From Schmidtea nova (taxonomy: Eukaryota): DNA of 63,843 nt. The notes under the pieces are model-generated. The model did not search any database. It saw nothing but the letters and a program-made list of their open reading frames with translations, and had not been told where the DNA came from. Shown one piece after another: positions 50,037 to 60,946 of this stretch. Location: assembly GCA_044892505.1 (NCBI GenBank), contig CM097884.1, positions 69,750,158 to 69,814,000 of the forward strand, in the 5' to 3' direction. Within the stretch, counting starts at the first letter, position 1; every line of letters starts with the position of its first letter. A program made the position numbers and the translations under genes.

Positions 50037-50705
50037 ATATTTTTGCTTACACTAAATTTCAACAATATTTATGTAACAGTAAAATATTTTATTTTTCACC
50101 ATTAATGATAAATCTATTTTTTTGAAAAATGACAATTTATTAATAAAAATCAATAATTGTTTTGATAAACGTGTAAACTTGAACTGCAGCCCCCCTCTAC
50201 AGTGCTCTCCGTGATTAAATAGAAACCAACTACAAGGACGACCCATTAATGAAAAAAAATTTAAAAAAATGGAAAGTCATTTATTTTGTACACGTTTTGT
50301 AATTTCCTTTCATTTCTTCTAACCTATGCATTTTAGCATATAAAAAGTCTCTTTATTAATAATTTAAAAATTCGAAATTGACTAATCATATTTTTAAAAA
50401 AATGTATACCTAAATCCGAATAAACCTCTAAGGTTTTTGAATGAAGTATATATCGAAGTATTGTAGGAGTGTTGATAAATGAAGGTAATTCCATAAATAA
50501 TGTTTAATAATCATATTCACCCCTTCGGTGCGCCACTGATTTACACACATACAGAATGGTATATTACGATATAAAAAGGTTTGTAGCCTTTATATTTTTT
50601 ATATTATTTTTACAACACAAATTTTGGAAAATGGGACATTTTAAAAATAACTGAAGCCCCTAGGGAAAAGATTCTGGTGCGACACTGTTTGAGTACGGTA
50701 TTTTT

Positions 50706-50793
<88 letters not shown>

Positions 50794-51064
50794 ATACATT
50801 TAAAAAAAAAGTCTCGCTGTACTTGTTTGAATATTATGCTCAGCCTGTGTCAACAATCTATATAATGTTAAAGTATCCGTTTCATTTACACTGGTCTTTT
50901 CAATCGCTACCAAAATTCGAATATTTTGTTTTAAAAGTCGTATCAATTTTACATATAACAATTTAATTGATAAAAGAAAGCTTGTTATTAATCCCTTGAA
51001 CGGCTTGATGCATTGTATGAAGTGGCTAGGCTAGTGGCCACGCATTTATGTCGGTAATACACAT

Positions 51065-51098
<34 letters not shown>

Positions 51099-51323
51099 TC
51101 ATAATTATCTTTTTTCACCTTTGATCTTTTTTTATTATTATTATCAATAATTCCTATAATGGATGACTATAGATCAAAATTTTTTATAAACAATAACAAA
51201 ATATTTCGGCACAGCCTTTATCAAGTGTGTATTTCAAATACACACTTGATAAAGGCTGTGCCGAAATATTGTGTTATTGTTCATAAAAATTTTTGATCTA
51301 GTCATCCATTATGGGAATTATCG

Positions 51324-51328
<5 letters not shown>
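51099..51328. repeat. Fold-back element between (TA)n tracts
   Basis: Same hairpin family as 5396-5646. Confidence 0.85.
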
Positions 51329-51411
<83 letters not shown>

Positions 51412-52245
51412 TCATATGTCATGTTTTCCATATCGTAAATAGCGCGATACTCAAAGCAGTTGAAGCTTGCAATGTATACATCCCTTCTCTATTACTAGGA
51501 ACGATTATGCGTGTATGTATTCGACATAATCATTAAAAATACAAAGCAAATTTGTGATGCAAATATATTAGTCATAAGCGCTACGCAATACAATAGACCA
51601 TGGAGGCTTTATACGACATGGCCACTTAAGGGATTAAATAACATTATTTAAAAATTTAAAAATTTCCATAATTCGATTAAAACAGCATGATTCTGGAAAT
51701 AAATATTTTAGTGATTGAGTTCCTTAAAATTAGTGATTTTTGATCAGATATTGCCAGTAAAATTTTCTTTCCTGATTCTACAGTAAAATATTGCAGTAAA
51801 ATATTAAAGACGTCTATAAGCATACAGAAATACATGAAACGTATGAAACGATTATGAATTGTATATGTAAATAAAAATTACAATGTATTAAAATTAACTA
51901 ATGGTTTCGCTTTCGATATATTTTTTAATTCAATAATTTTTATATTGATTTTTCTAAGACTAGATCAAAACAATTAATTTAACAATTACACAGTATCTCG
52001 GCACAGTATATATGAACTGTGTATTTCTACAATTGATAAAAGCTGTGCCAAAATATTGTGTACTTAACAACCAAAAAAACCCAAAAAACATTTTGATCTA
52101 TAGTCATACAATTATGAAAATTATTGATATAAATAAAAAGAGATCAAAGGTGAAACCAAAAAATAATTATGATAAAATGCAATGTGTAAAGAATTGAAAT
52201 ATTTCGCCATAAATAAATTTATAAAATCATATTTTGTTAATTAAG

Positions 52246-52890
52246 ATTATCAACGAAGATAAACTCAAAGAGCATAAAAGATTCAACATCTCAGAAGCAG
52301 TCTGCTTACTCAAAAGTGAAAACCGATTCATTCATAAACGGAAATAGGGAAACTAAATCAACGAATTACGCATTTTTTGTCAGGGACAACAAAAATTATG
52401 AAGTTTCAAGAAATAGTAAATTAATGTCAAGTGAAAAGCCTCCAAATTATCCAAGAAACAAAAGTAAATTAACTTTTTCCTTTGAGTTTTTAAAAAAAAG
52501 TACTTTCTAGGTCAAGATATGATATCTTCAAAATTTCGAAAAGAATACGAAAATCACTTAATTACTTCAATCAAGTATGTTTCATGCAATTATTAATAAT
52601 TATCAGAAGTTTTTTTAAACATTTTTTATGTCCTCTTTTGACCATTGTGTAGATTATCAGAAAACTCATATCAAAGGAATTCGACAGTCGATTCGTTGAA
52701 AGAAACAGAACCCATCCCAAAAGTAAGCTCGTGGTTAAGAAAGAACAGAAATTTTAAAACTCTACCGACAAACGAAATAAATCTTCAAACAAATTCTAAT
52801 GGCAGAACTAGTTCCAAAAATTCATTTTTGCCAAACGCTCTTCCTTATGGCGCTAATGGTAAAATCATTCCGAAAAATCAAAACTTTTAA
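52246..52890 (+). CDS. Probable terminal exons of another S/K/N-rich host gene
   Basis: Two open stretches (52246-52470, 52650-52890) preceded by AG acceptors; last one ends ...LPYGANGKIIPKNQNF*. Confidence 0.35.
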
Positions 52891-53894
52891 TTCAAGTCGA
52901 AGTTGTATTACTTTAAAATAAATTTTTTGTTTTCATTTGTATAAAGATTATATATTTCATTTGTATAAAGATTATATATTTCATTTGTGTATATATTTGC
53001 GAAAATATATTATTAATTAAATAAATTATTAAGCTACTTATCATAGTAAGTAATATATTTTGATAACTTTTTACGATTTATCTGTCGGAACACAAGCAAG
53101 AATTAGGTACTCATAAATATGAGTAGGTTGGAGATTAAATTTGTTAGAAAGTAAGAAAAATATCCTGTCATTAAAGTCAAGAAGAAAGCTTGTGACAAAA
53201 AATCTGAAAAGCAACAAAATAAATAAAACTTTATTTTTTAGAACATGATAGGCTAAAATTATTCACTGTCAGAAATAGAGTCAGATTCAGCAAAAAGCTT
53301 TTCAGCTTTTCCTGGAGTAATTGTGTCACTGTACATTTCGTACTCGGTGTATAATAATAAAAATTATTATTATTTTTCTTTTAATATAGTCACAAGTTTA
53401 AGTCACAGGCGTTTTTAGAAGATAATTTAGAGTTTATAAATTGTGACTCATACACGAAGATATAAGATAAATAAACAATAAATAAATATTTTAATAGGAC
53501 TGAATTTTAAATATAACTACACGAATTGTTGATCAATAACAATAATTACTCAAGTAAAGGGTATCTATCTATCTAGATCAAGCCGCCCATCGTTTTTTTG
53601 TGACCCCCCCTCTAATGTTTAGCATACCCCCCTAAAAAGTTTTTGAAAATTACATAATGTTGGTGTGTATAACATGTAATTTTGAAAATATTTTGAAAAA
53701 TTGCGTAATTATCCATTTCTATTGTGTAATTTCACATAAAAATACATAAATTACATAATATTTTTATAAATTTATATATTTATGATCTAATATTGATATA
53801 ACTATATTATGCAATAATGTATATTGATCCGTATAGTTAGTGTATAATACTATATGTTGATTCATATAGTTGTAATGTAATAATATATTGATTC

Positions 53895-54216
53895 NNNNNN
53901 NNNNNNNNNNNNNNNNNNNNNNNNNNNNNNNNNNNNNNNNNNNNNNNNNNNNNNNNNNNNNNNNNNNNNNNNNNNNNNNNNNNNNNNNNNNNNNNNNNNN
54001 NNNNNNNNNNNNNNNNNNNNNNNNNNNNNNNNNNNNNNNNNNNNNNNNNNNNNNNNNNNNNNNNNNNNNNNNNNNNNNNNNNNNNNNNNNNNNNNNNNNN
54101 NNNNNNNNNNNNNNNNNNNNNNNNNNNNNNNNNNNNNNNNNNNNNNNNNNNNNNNNNNNNNNNNNNNNNNNNNNNNNNNNNNNNNNNNNNNNNNNNNNNN
54201 NNNNNNNNNNNNNNNN
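53895..54216. other. Assembly gap
   Basis: Run of N. Confidence 1.
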
Positions 54217-54425
54217 TCACCTTTGATCTTTTTTATAATTATTATCAATAATTCTCATAATGACTATAGATCAAAATTTTTTTTTTATAAACAATAACAC
54301 AATATTTCGGCACAGCCTTTATACACACTTGATAAAGGCTGTGCCGAAATATTGTGTTATTGTTTATAAAAAAAAATTTTGATCTATAGTCATTATGAGA
54401 ATTATTGATAATAATAATAATAATG
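54217..54425. repeat. Fold-back element with central deletion
   Basis: Same family; centre reduced to CCTTTAT-ACACACTTG-ATAAAGG. Confidence 0.85.
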
Positions 54426-55570
54426 ATAATAATAATAATAATTAATAATAATAAATTGAATTTAAATTTAAATTTAACTTAAATTTAATTTAAATTAAAT
54501 TAAAATCAAATCAAAATCAAAATTTAATGTTTGATAAAATTTTTTTTCAATAAATTGTTCTATATTTATTTTTTGATAAATACTTGTCAGAAATTAAAAA
54601 ATTGAAATCAAATTCAATATATAGAAACTTTGGAATTTGATCCTGGGTCTCTGTTATTGCATTTTCCAACCAAATATTTTAATTTTCAACGAAATTTCAT
54701 AATTTTCAATCATATTTTTTCCAACGAAATTTCATAATTTTCAATCATTTTTTTTCAACCAAATTATTATTATAAAACTTTTAAGCAAAAACAATAAAAA
54801 ATTTTAAGATATGATAATTATTAAAGAATTTTACTTGAAAAGAAATACTCTCATATAAAAAAGTTAAGAAAAAAATGATCTATTTAATTTTATATATAAA
54901 TTACATTTGATAAATATTACTTTACATGAATTTAAGCACTTTTTATCATATTATAGAGACATAAATACAGATTAATCTCGAATTTTTATTGTAAATGGTT
55001 AAATACATGTAAATTTTTTTTAATGGCTTCAGATATCTGTCGTAAATTATTTTAAATGGGCAAATACATGTAAATTATTGAAAATGGATAAACACGTGTA
55101 AATATTGTAAATGGGTAAATAGAATTTTATCCCTCAATTTTCTAATAGATATTAAAAATTTCTAAGCGATTTCAATGTATTAAGTTCAAGATAGATATCA
55201 AACATACAATCTAACTAGTTTGACATTAAAGAATTTTTTTAAATACAATAATATTTTAAAAAGGTATAATAATGACAATAAAAAAGTTTAAAATGAATTT
55301 TTTTTCAAATTAGTTTAATGATATCAAAAATAAATTATCAGAAATATGAGATTGAACAAAATTAATTTAAATTAATTTAAAATTAAATTCAGTAGAAAAA
55401 TAATATTCAGCAAGAAGTCAGTTGGAAAAAATTTCGTATTGGAGTGATTAGGATCTTTTTTTAAATCGAAACTTTGCGGAGAAAGGCCTAATATTTTTAC
55501 ATTATTATTATATTTTAATAAACTCTGCTAACGAGAAAACAATATATTTTATAACTTTTATTATGTTGTG

Positions 55571-55758
55571 TGTTATATCTCTAAATGAATTAACTAATTT
55601 ATATAAATAAATTACCACGATTCGGAAATAATAATTCTAATAATAAATCAATAAATTACGATATTCAAAAATCTCTATTTTACAACACAATATTCAAACA
55701 ATATTCTAATCATTATAATATTAAACGAATTTGTAATATTATTAATTCACATATAACA
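55571..55758 (-). repeat. 3' LTR
   Basis: Preceded on the minus strand by PPT GACGGGGGAA (55759-55768). Confidence 0.97.
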
Positions 55759-55768
55759 TTCCCCCGTC

Positions 55769-57130
55769 TTATTCGGCTCTCAACTCGAAATCGTCGTATA
55801 ATCTCGGCTTCACATTTCTATTGTGTCTTTTCGGGTATCTTCCTGTGGTCTCTTTATTCTCTTCCGTTGACGTTGCTTCGTTAACCTCTTCCAATCTCTC
55901 CGATTCCTTTGTTCTTGACCATATACTTGTTCCCCAACTGTTCATCTCTATCTTTGCTATTTCTGATCTTTCTGGGATAATCTTAATCTGGTTAAAATTA
56001 CGCTGTATTATCTTCCCATCAGCCTCGCTTCTTAATTTAAAAGTCCAATCATTTACTTTCTCCAGTATTTCATATGGGCCGCAGTATTTCTCCCCAAATC
56101 CTTGTTTCTGAACTACTTTTACTAATGCCGAATCTCCTATTTTGACGTCTTTATTCCATCTATTTCGATTGTAAATCTTTTCGTTATATACTCTCACTTT
56201 ATCAGTTCTCTTTTTTACTTCCTCTTCTATGTTCGTTAACTCTGTTCTCAGTTTTCTCATGAATTCTCCGTAGTCTTGTGATCCTATTATGTCGCTTGTT
56301 TCTTCTCTTACTTTTGGTGTTCTGCCGAACATTAATTCTATCGGTTTATATCCAGTACTTTTATGGACTGTGTTCCTTACTCCATATTCTACCGTGTGTA
56401 CTGTTGAATCCCATTCCTTCGTCTTCCTGTCGAACATGGTTGCTGCCATCATACTTTTTGCTGTTTGGAACATTCTTTCGATTAAGCCGTCAGATTGTGG
56501 GTAGTACGGTGATGTACAGGTTTTCTTTGTTCCTATCAGACTGCACAAACCCTTAAACATATTTGACTCAAAATTCTTTCCCTGATCTGAGTGAATCCTT
56601 TCTGGTATACCGAATTTTGTGATCCATTCTTCCCATATTGCTCTAGCCACTGTTTCTGTCGTAATTTCTGGGAGTGGTATTAGACATGGATATTTTGTGA
56701 AGTAGTCAATTAATCCCAGAATGTATCTATTTCCTTTTTTTGTCATTGGAAAAGGTCCGGTAATGTCTATTCCCAAAATTTCTAAAGGTCTACTGCTTAT
56801 AAAACTCTGTAGTGGTGCTCTAACTCTTCCGTTTATATACTTGTTGTGTTGACAGGCTATACATCGGTTTACTCTATCTATAACGTTCTCGTTGATATTT
56901 GGCCAATAGTATCTTTCTTTGGCTGCTCTCGTAGTTCTTTCAATGCCAACATGTCCCAATTCCCGATGTAACTCGTCAATATATCTATTTCTTTCTTCTT
57001 CTGGTAGTATTTTCCTATGTCCTTCTGCTTTCTTAATCATAAGATTTCCTTCACTGACATACATAAGCTCCCTTTTCTCCATAGTTCTAAGTTTTTCCGG
57101 TTTTGTTCTTTTCTCCCTTGCTGTATCCAA
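55769..57130 (-). CDS. Integrase (HHCC, DDE core, GPY motif), frameshifted from pol
   Basis: HRELGH..YYWP..CIAC, GIDITGP, IHSDQG, SDGLIERMF, YCGPYEI. Confidence 0.95.
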   Translation of the reverse strand: MDTAREKRTKPEKLRTMEKRELMYVSEGNLMIKKAEGHRKILPEEERNRYIDELHRELGHVGIERTTRAAKERYYWPNINENVIDRVNRCIACQHNKYINGRVRAPLQSFISSRPLEILGIDITGPFPMTKKGNRYILGLIDYFTKYPCLIPLPEITTETVARAIWEEWITKFGIPERIHSDQGKNFESNMFKGLCSLIGTKKTCTSPYYPQSDGLIERMFQTAKSMMAATMFDRKTKEWDSTVHTVEYGVRNTVHKSTGYKPIELMFGRTPKVREETSDIIGSQDYGEFMRKLRTELTNIEEEVKKRTDKVRVYNEKIYNRNRWNKDVKIGDSALVKVVQKQGFGEKYCGPYEILEKVNDWTFKLRSEADGKIIQRNFNQIKIIPERSEIAKIEMNSWGTSIWSRTKESERLEEVNEATSTEENKETTGRYPKRHNRNVKPRLYDDFELRAE

Positions 57131-59238
57131 TCGATTATTTGCCTAACTTCTGAATCCGTCTTCGTATTTATCTGACATATAATTCTTTCTGACTTGTTCT
57201 CTTCTGTAGAAGTGTTTTCTTCCTCGTAAACTTTTACATTTCGTTTCTTTCTTGGGTCCGCGTGTTTCAGTCGGCATTGTTCGCATGGTGTAATTCTTGA
57301 CAATGCATCCGCATTGCAATGGTCTTTTCCTTTTCTAAATTCCACTTTCAAGTCATATATTTCTAGTTCTGCTTTCCATACACAATATTGAGAGGTGTTT
57401 GGGCTACTCCAATCTAATAACCATTTAAGTGCTTGATGATCTGTTCTTACTGTGAACTTTTTACCTACTAAATAATACTTGTATTTTAATACAAATGTAT
57501 AAATTGCCAAAAGTTCCTTGCGTGTGATACAGTATTTCCTCTGCGTTTTCGTCATAGTCTTCGATCCATACGCAATAACTCTCTCCTTTCCATCTTGGAT
57601 TTGAGACAGGACGGCCCCTATTGAATCGTTAGACGCGTCTGTGTCTAAAACGTAGTATCCATCTGTAGTTGGTAATGCTAATATTGGCGGTGATAGTAAA
57701 GCCTGTCTTAATCTCTCGAACGATCCTTGTCTTTCCTCCGTCCATTCAAATTTGTTTTCTGTTCGAAGCATTTCGTTTAAAGGTTCTGTCGTCTTAGCGT
57801 AGCCTTTAATGAAGTTTCTGTAATATCCCGTCATTCCTAAAAATGTCCTTAACTCTTTCTGACACATTGGCTTCTTATATTCTCTTATCGCTTTGGTTTT
57901 GTCTGGGTCCGTCTGTACTCCTTCTTCGTTTATAATGTGTCCCAAATATCTTACCTCGTTTTTTAGCAAGTGGCATTTCTCCGGTGATAATTTTAGTCCC
58001 GCTTCTCTCATCTTTTGTAGTACTCTATCTAATCTTTCGTTGTGCTCTTCAATTGTTTTCCCGAATACCAGAATATCGTCCAAATATATCACACAGTTAG
58101 TCCAGTTCTCTCCTCTTAAGACTACGTTCATTATTCTTTGAAATGTTGCTGGTGCGGCACACAATCCGAATGGCATTCTTGTGAACTCGTATTGGCCAAA
58201 TCTCGTGCTGAATGCTGTTTTCCTTATATCCTCTTCTGTGATTGGAATTTGATAGTATCCACTGGACATGTCTAATGTGGAAAAGAATTTCGCATTTCCG
58301 ATCGTATCAAAGACTTCGTTTGCTGATGGTATTGGAAATATTGCTCTTTCTGTTTTTGCATTTAAAGCTCTGTAGTCGATGCACATTCTCATATCCCCAT
58401 TCTTTTTTTTTGTTACCACTATGGGAAAATTCCATGGTGAATTGCTTTCTCTAATAATTCCCGCTTCTTCCAATTCTGTAATGTATCTTCTCACATCTTC
58501 CTCCAATCCCCTTGGTATCCTTCTATGTTTGAATGCTATCGGTGTTGTTTTCCCCGTTTCTATAGTGTGTTGTCCCACATTTGTCTTCCCAATATCCATT
58601 TTGTAACTACTGAATACATCTTTGTTCCGCCATAAAATTTGTGAAATCTTCTGTTTTTCTGTTATTGTTAATCTATCGTCTAGTTTGTTTATCAACCCTT
58701 TCACAATTTTGTCTATACTTCTCTTTTCTTTGTTTTGGTCGATTGTTGACAATTTCATCAATGTGTTATTTTTTCCCTCCTTGTCCGTCCATTCTTCCAC
58801 TTCTCCCAGTGTTGTTCCTGTATGTAGACTTTTCACTCCTCCTTCCTGCATATTAATTCGGACCCAAATCAATCCCTCGGAACATGTTGCTAGTCCATCT
58901 GCTACCAGTATACCTCTTTCCTCCATCTTGTTCTTGTTTCCTGTAAATAAACAATTAGTTACGTCTTCCTTTATCCTTTCGTTCTCCTTATCTACTATCA
59001 TCCCTTTGATCCAATACTCTCCCTCTCCTTTCAATGTCACATTTTCTGCTACCACTACTTTTCTCGTTTCTTCTTCCGTCCCTTTAACTATTCTTCCCAC
59101 TCCTGGACGCCTGGGAGTGGTCTTTAACAGTTTAAAGACGATGGTATCGATGTCTTGGATAGAAATGGAATTTGAATACCCTTTACCTCGATACAGTCTT
59201 CTGTCGGTTTCATTATTACTCCCAGTTCTTTCATGCAT
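57037..59238 (-). CDS. pol: reverse transcriptase and RNase H
   Basis: CIDYRALN, FSTLDMSSGYYQ, MPFGL, YLDD, DTDAS, ELLA, TDHQAL, ADALSR. Confidence 0.97.
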   Translation of the reverse strand: MHERTGSNNETDRRLYRGKGYSNSISIQDIDTIVFKLLKTTPRRPGVGRIVKGTEEETRKVVVAENVTLKGEGEYWIKGMIVDKENERIKEDVTNCLFTGNKNKMEERGILVADGLATCSEGLIWVRINMQEGGVKSLHTGTTLGEVEEWTDKEGKNNTLMKLSTIDQNKEKRSIDKIVKGLINKLDDRLTITEKQKISQILWRNKDVFSSYKMDIGKTNVGQHTIETGKTTPIAFKHRRIPRGLEEDVRRYITELEEAGIIRESNSPWNFPIVVTKKKNGDMRMCIDYRALNAKTERAIFPIPSANEVFDTIGNAKFFSTLDMSSGYYQIPITEEDIRKTAFSTRFGQYEFTRMPFGLCAAPATFQRIMNVVLRGENWTNCVIYLDDILVFGKTIEEHNERLDRVLQKMREAGLKLSPEKCHLLKNEVRYLGHIINEEGVQTDPDKTKAIREYKKPMCQKELRTFLGMTGYYRNFIKGYAKTTEPLNEMLRTENKFEWTEERQGSFERLRQALLSPPILALPTTDGYYVLDTDASNDSIGAVLSQIQDGKERVIAYGSKTMTKTQRKYCITRKELLAIYTFVLKYKYYLVGKKFTVRTDHQALKWLLDWSSPNTSQYCVWKAELEIYDLKVEFRKGKDHCNADALSRITPCEQCRLKHADPRKKRNVKVYEEENTSTEENKSERIICQINTKTDSEVRQIIDWIQQGRKEQNRKNLELWRKGSLCMSVKEIL
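59077..59136 (-). promoter_or_regulatory. -1 programmed ribosomal frameshift signal (UUUAAAC + H-type pseudoknot)
   Basis: T TTA AAC in the Gag-PR frame two codons before TAA; the -1 frame is pol. 9-nt spacer, stem 1 CCACTCC/GGAGTGG, stem 2 CGTCC/GGACG. Confidence 0.85.
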
Positions 59239-59978
59239 CTGAGTCCGATATACGCATGTGGGAATACCCCGTTCATTATTTCGAATTTGGGTTTGGTCGT
59301 CCTTGGACCCAAACTCAGTGACAATACTAATTGTCCTCGGCTTTTTCCTTTACTTCCATCTGCGTACGCTACTCTAACGTTTGAATCCCTGACTTCTATT
59401 GTCGAATCTCGTTGTATTATTTTCTCTGCCAGTTCTTCACTAATGACATTCAGATCTGCTCCCGTATCGAATAGTGCTTTAACTTCTTCTCCTTGGATTT
59501 TGCAACAAATGATTGGCTTGTTGGTTGCCCTTTCCGATCGTCTTTGCGATATTACTGTTGTGGCTTTTTTTATATATTTTTCCTTTGGTTTGTCGCCATT
59601 ACCTCCGATAAACTGTGCCCACTTCTCTTCCATTGTTAGCTTACTTTTCTTTGTCTTTTTTTCTTTTTGTGTAATCGCTTTCATAATTCGTTCTGATGGG
59701 TCGTCTTCTTCGTATTCGCTATCTGAACTTGTCCCTTGTACGGATACTTCTTCTAATTGTCGTACTCTTCTATAATCGTCCCTCTTGTTTGGGCATTCTC
59801 TACTTATATGACCCTTTCTATTACAATTAAAACATGTTACCTTTTCTCGATACTCTCGGCAATTGCTCGATATGTCCTGTTTTCTTGCATCGGAAGCATC
59901 TTTCGTTCTTCTTTTCTTCGCAGAAACGTGCAATATGACCGGTTTTGCCGCAATTGTAACATTCCACTTGTTGTCCAT
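59124..59978 (-). CDS. Gag C-terminus (third CCHC knuckle) and aspartic protease
   Basis: CFNCNRKGHISREC; ALFDTGADLNVIS. Confidence 0.93.
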   Translation of the reverse strand: MDNKWNVTIAAKPVILHVSAKKRRTKDASDARKQDISSNCREYREKVTCFNCNRKGHISRECPNKRDDYRRVRQLEEVSVQGTSSDSEYEEDDPSERIMKAITQKEKKTKKSKLTMEEKWAQFIGGNGDKPKEKYIKKATTVISQRRSERATNKPIICCKIQGEEVKALFDTGADLNVISEELAEKIIQRDSTIEVRDSNVRVAYADGSKGKSRGQLVLSLSLGPRTTKPKFEIMNGVFPHAYIGLRCMKELGVIMKPTEDCIEVKGIQIPFLSKTSIPSSLNC

Positions 59979-60759
59979 TGTGGAATTCTTTTCTACTTCT
60001 ATCTTGGTTATTCGGTTCTTTTAAACTTTTTATAATTTCCTGAAGTCTCTTAATCTCTTCTCTTAATTCTTGTAACTCCAATGTGGCATTTTTATCTACC
60101 CGCATTTGCCTAGCATTGTTGTTTCCTTTCGCTTGATTAATTCCTTTCCCGTCTCTCCATGCATTATAGCTCTCTTCTCGTAGTTGTGATAATCTGTATT
60201 CTGGAATTATTTCTTTCTGGTCATCTTCTTCCTTTATTAGTTCGACAGCTTCTTCTATGGTTTTGGGCCGCAATATTTTCAATGTCTTTCTCATGATTTC
60301 ACTTTTTAAACCTTCTCTAAAGATCATTAATTCTATTCTGTTTCGATCTTCTTTTGTGTCTTTCGTCGTTCTTTTTACCCGTCTACTGAAATCTACTATC
60401 GTCTCTCCTTCGTCCTGTTTGGTCGATAGAAAAATTCTAACCTTCTTGGCTCTTGACTCCTTTATTGGGAACATTTCTGTTAATGTTTTTGTGTACCACT
60501 CTACTGTGTTGTTTTCTTCTCCATACGTACTTTTTGATTCCACCTCGAATAAGATTTCTGGATCAAAATATCTTCTTAATAATCGGACTTTGTAAGCCTC
60601 TTCCATCTCAAACATCGCCAAAAAGGATGTTATATTCTCGAGATGTGTCCTCACATCCCTTTTACACTTCCTTGTGTATAGATATAGGGATCCCTCTATC
60701 TCTTGTGCCAATAAATTTTTGACAAAAGAATTGTCAAACGTAACTGCTCGTGACGCCAT
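59827..60759 (-). CDS. Gag (capsid and CCHC knuckles), frameshifted inside knuckle 2
   Basis: CYNCGKTGHIARFC, then CFRCKKTGHI continuing as SSNC in the next frame. Confidence 0.92.
   Translation of the reverse strand: MASRAVTFDNSFVKNLLAQEIEGSLYLYTRKCKRDVRTHLENITSFLAMFEMEEAYKVRLLRRYFDPEILFEVESKSTYGEENNTVEWYTKTLTEMFPIKESRAKKVRIFLSTKQDEGETIVDFSRRVKRTTKDTKEDRNRIELMIFREGLKSEIMRKTLKILRPKTIEEAVELIKEEDDQKEIIPEYRLSQLREESYNAWRDGKGINQAKGNNNARQMRVDKNATLELQELREEIKRLQEIIKSLKEPNNQDRSRKEFHNGQQVECYNCGKTGHIARFCEEKKNERCFRCKKTGHIEQLPRVSRKGNMF
60744..60758 (-). promoter_or_regulatory. Primer binding site, probably tRNA-Ser
   Basis: TGGCGTCACGAGCAG directly after the 5' LTR; complementary to a ...CTGCTCGTGACGCCA 3' end resembling tRNA-Ser(CGA) from memory. 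Confidence 0.75.
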
Positions 60760-60946
60760 GTTATATCTCTAAATGAATTAACTAATTTATATAAATAAAT
60801 TACCACGATTCGGAAATAATAATTCTAATAATAAATCAATAAATTACGATATTCAAAAATCTCTATTTTACAACACAATATTCAAACAATATTCTAATCA
60901 TTATAATATTAAACGAATTTGTAATATTATTAATTCACATATAACA
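60759..60946 (-). repeat. 5' LTR
   Basis: Matches 55571-55758. Confidence 0.97.

Larger units (their letters stand above)
55571..60946 (-). mobile_element. Full-length Ty3/Gypsy LTR retrotransposon, very recent insertion
   Basis: Two 188-bp TG...CA LTRs that look identical by eye, exact 5-bp TSD TTGTG, PBS, PPT, and gag-PR-RT-RH-IN order. Confidence 0.98.

Noticed and set aside
57073-57076. RNase H / integrase frame change as a second programmed frameshift
   Set aside because: No X XXY YYZ heptamer or downstream structure; a one-base loss in an A-run explains it.
58622-59775. Long plus-strand ORFs (206 aa, 180 aa) antisense to Gypsy gag-pol, and 62532-63029 antisense to the acidic ORF
   Set aside because: S/F/L-rich shadows expected opposite purine-rich coding strands.
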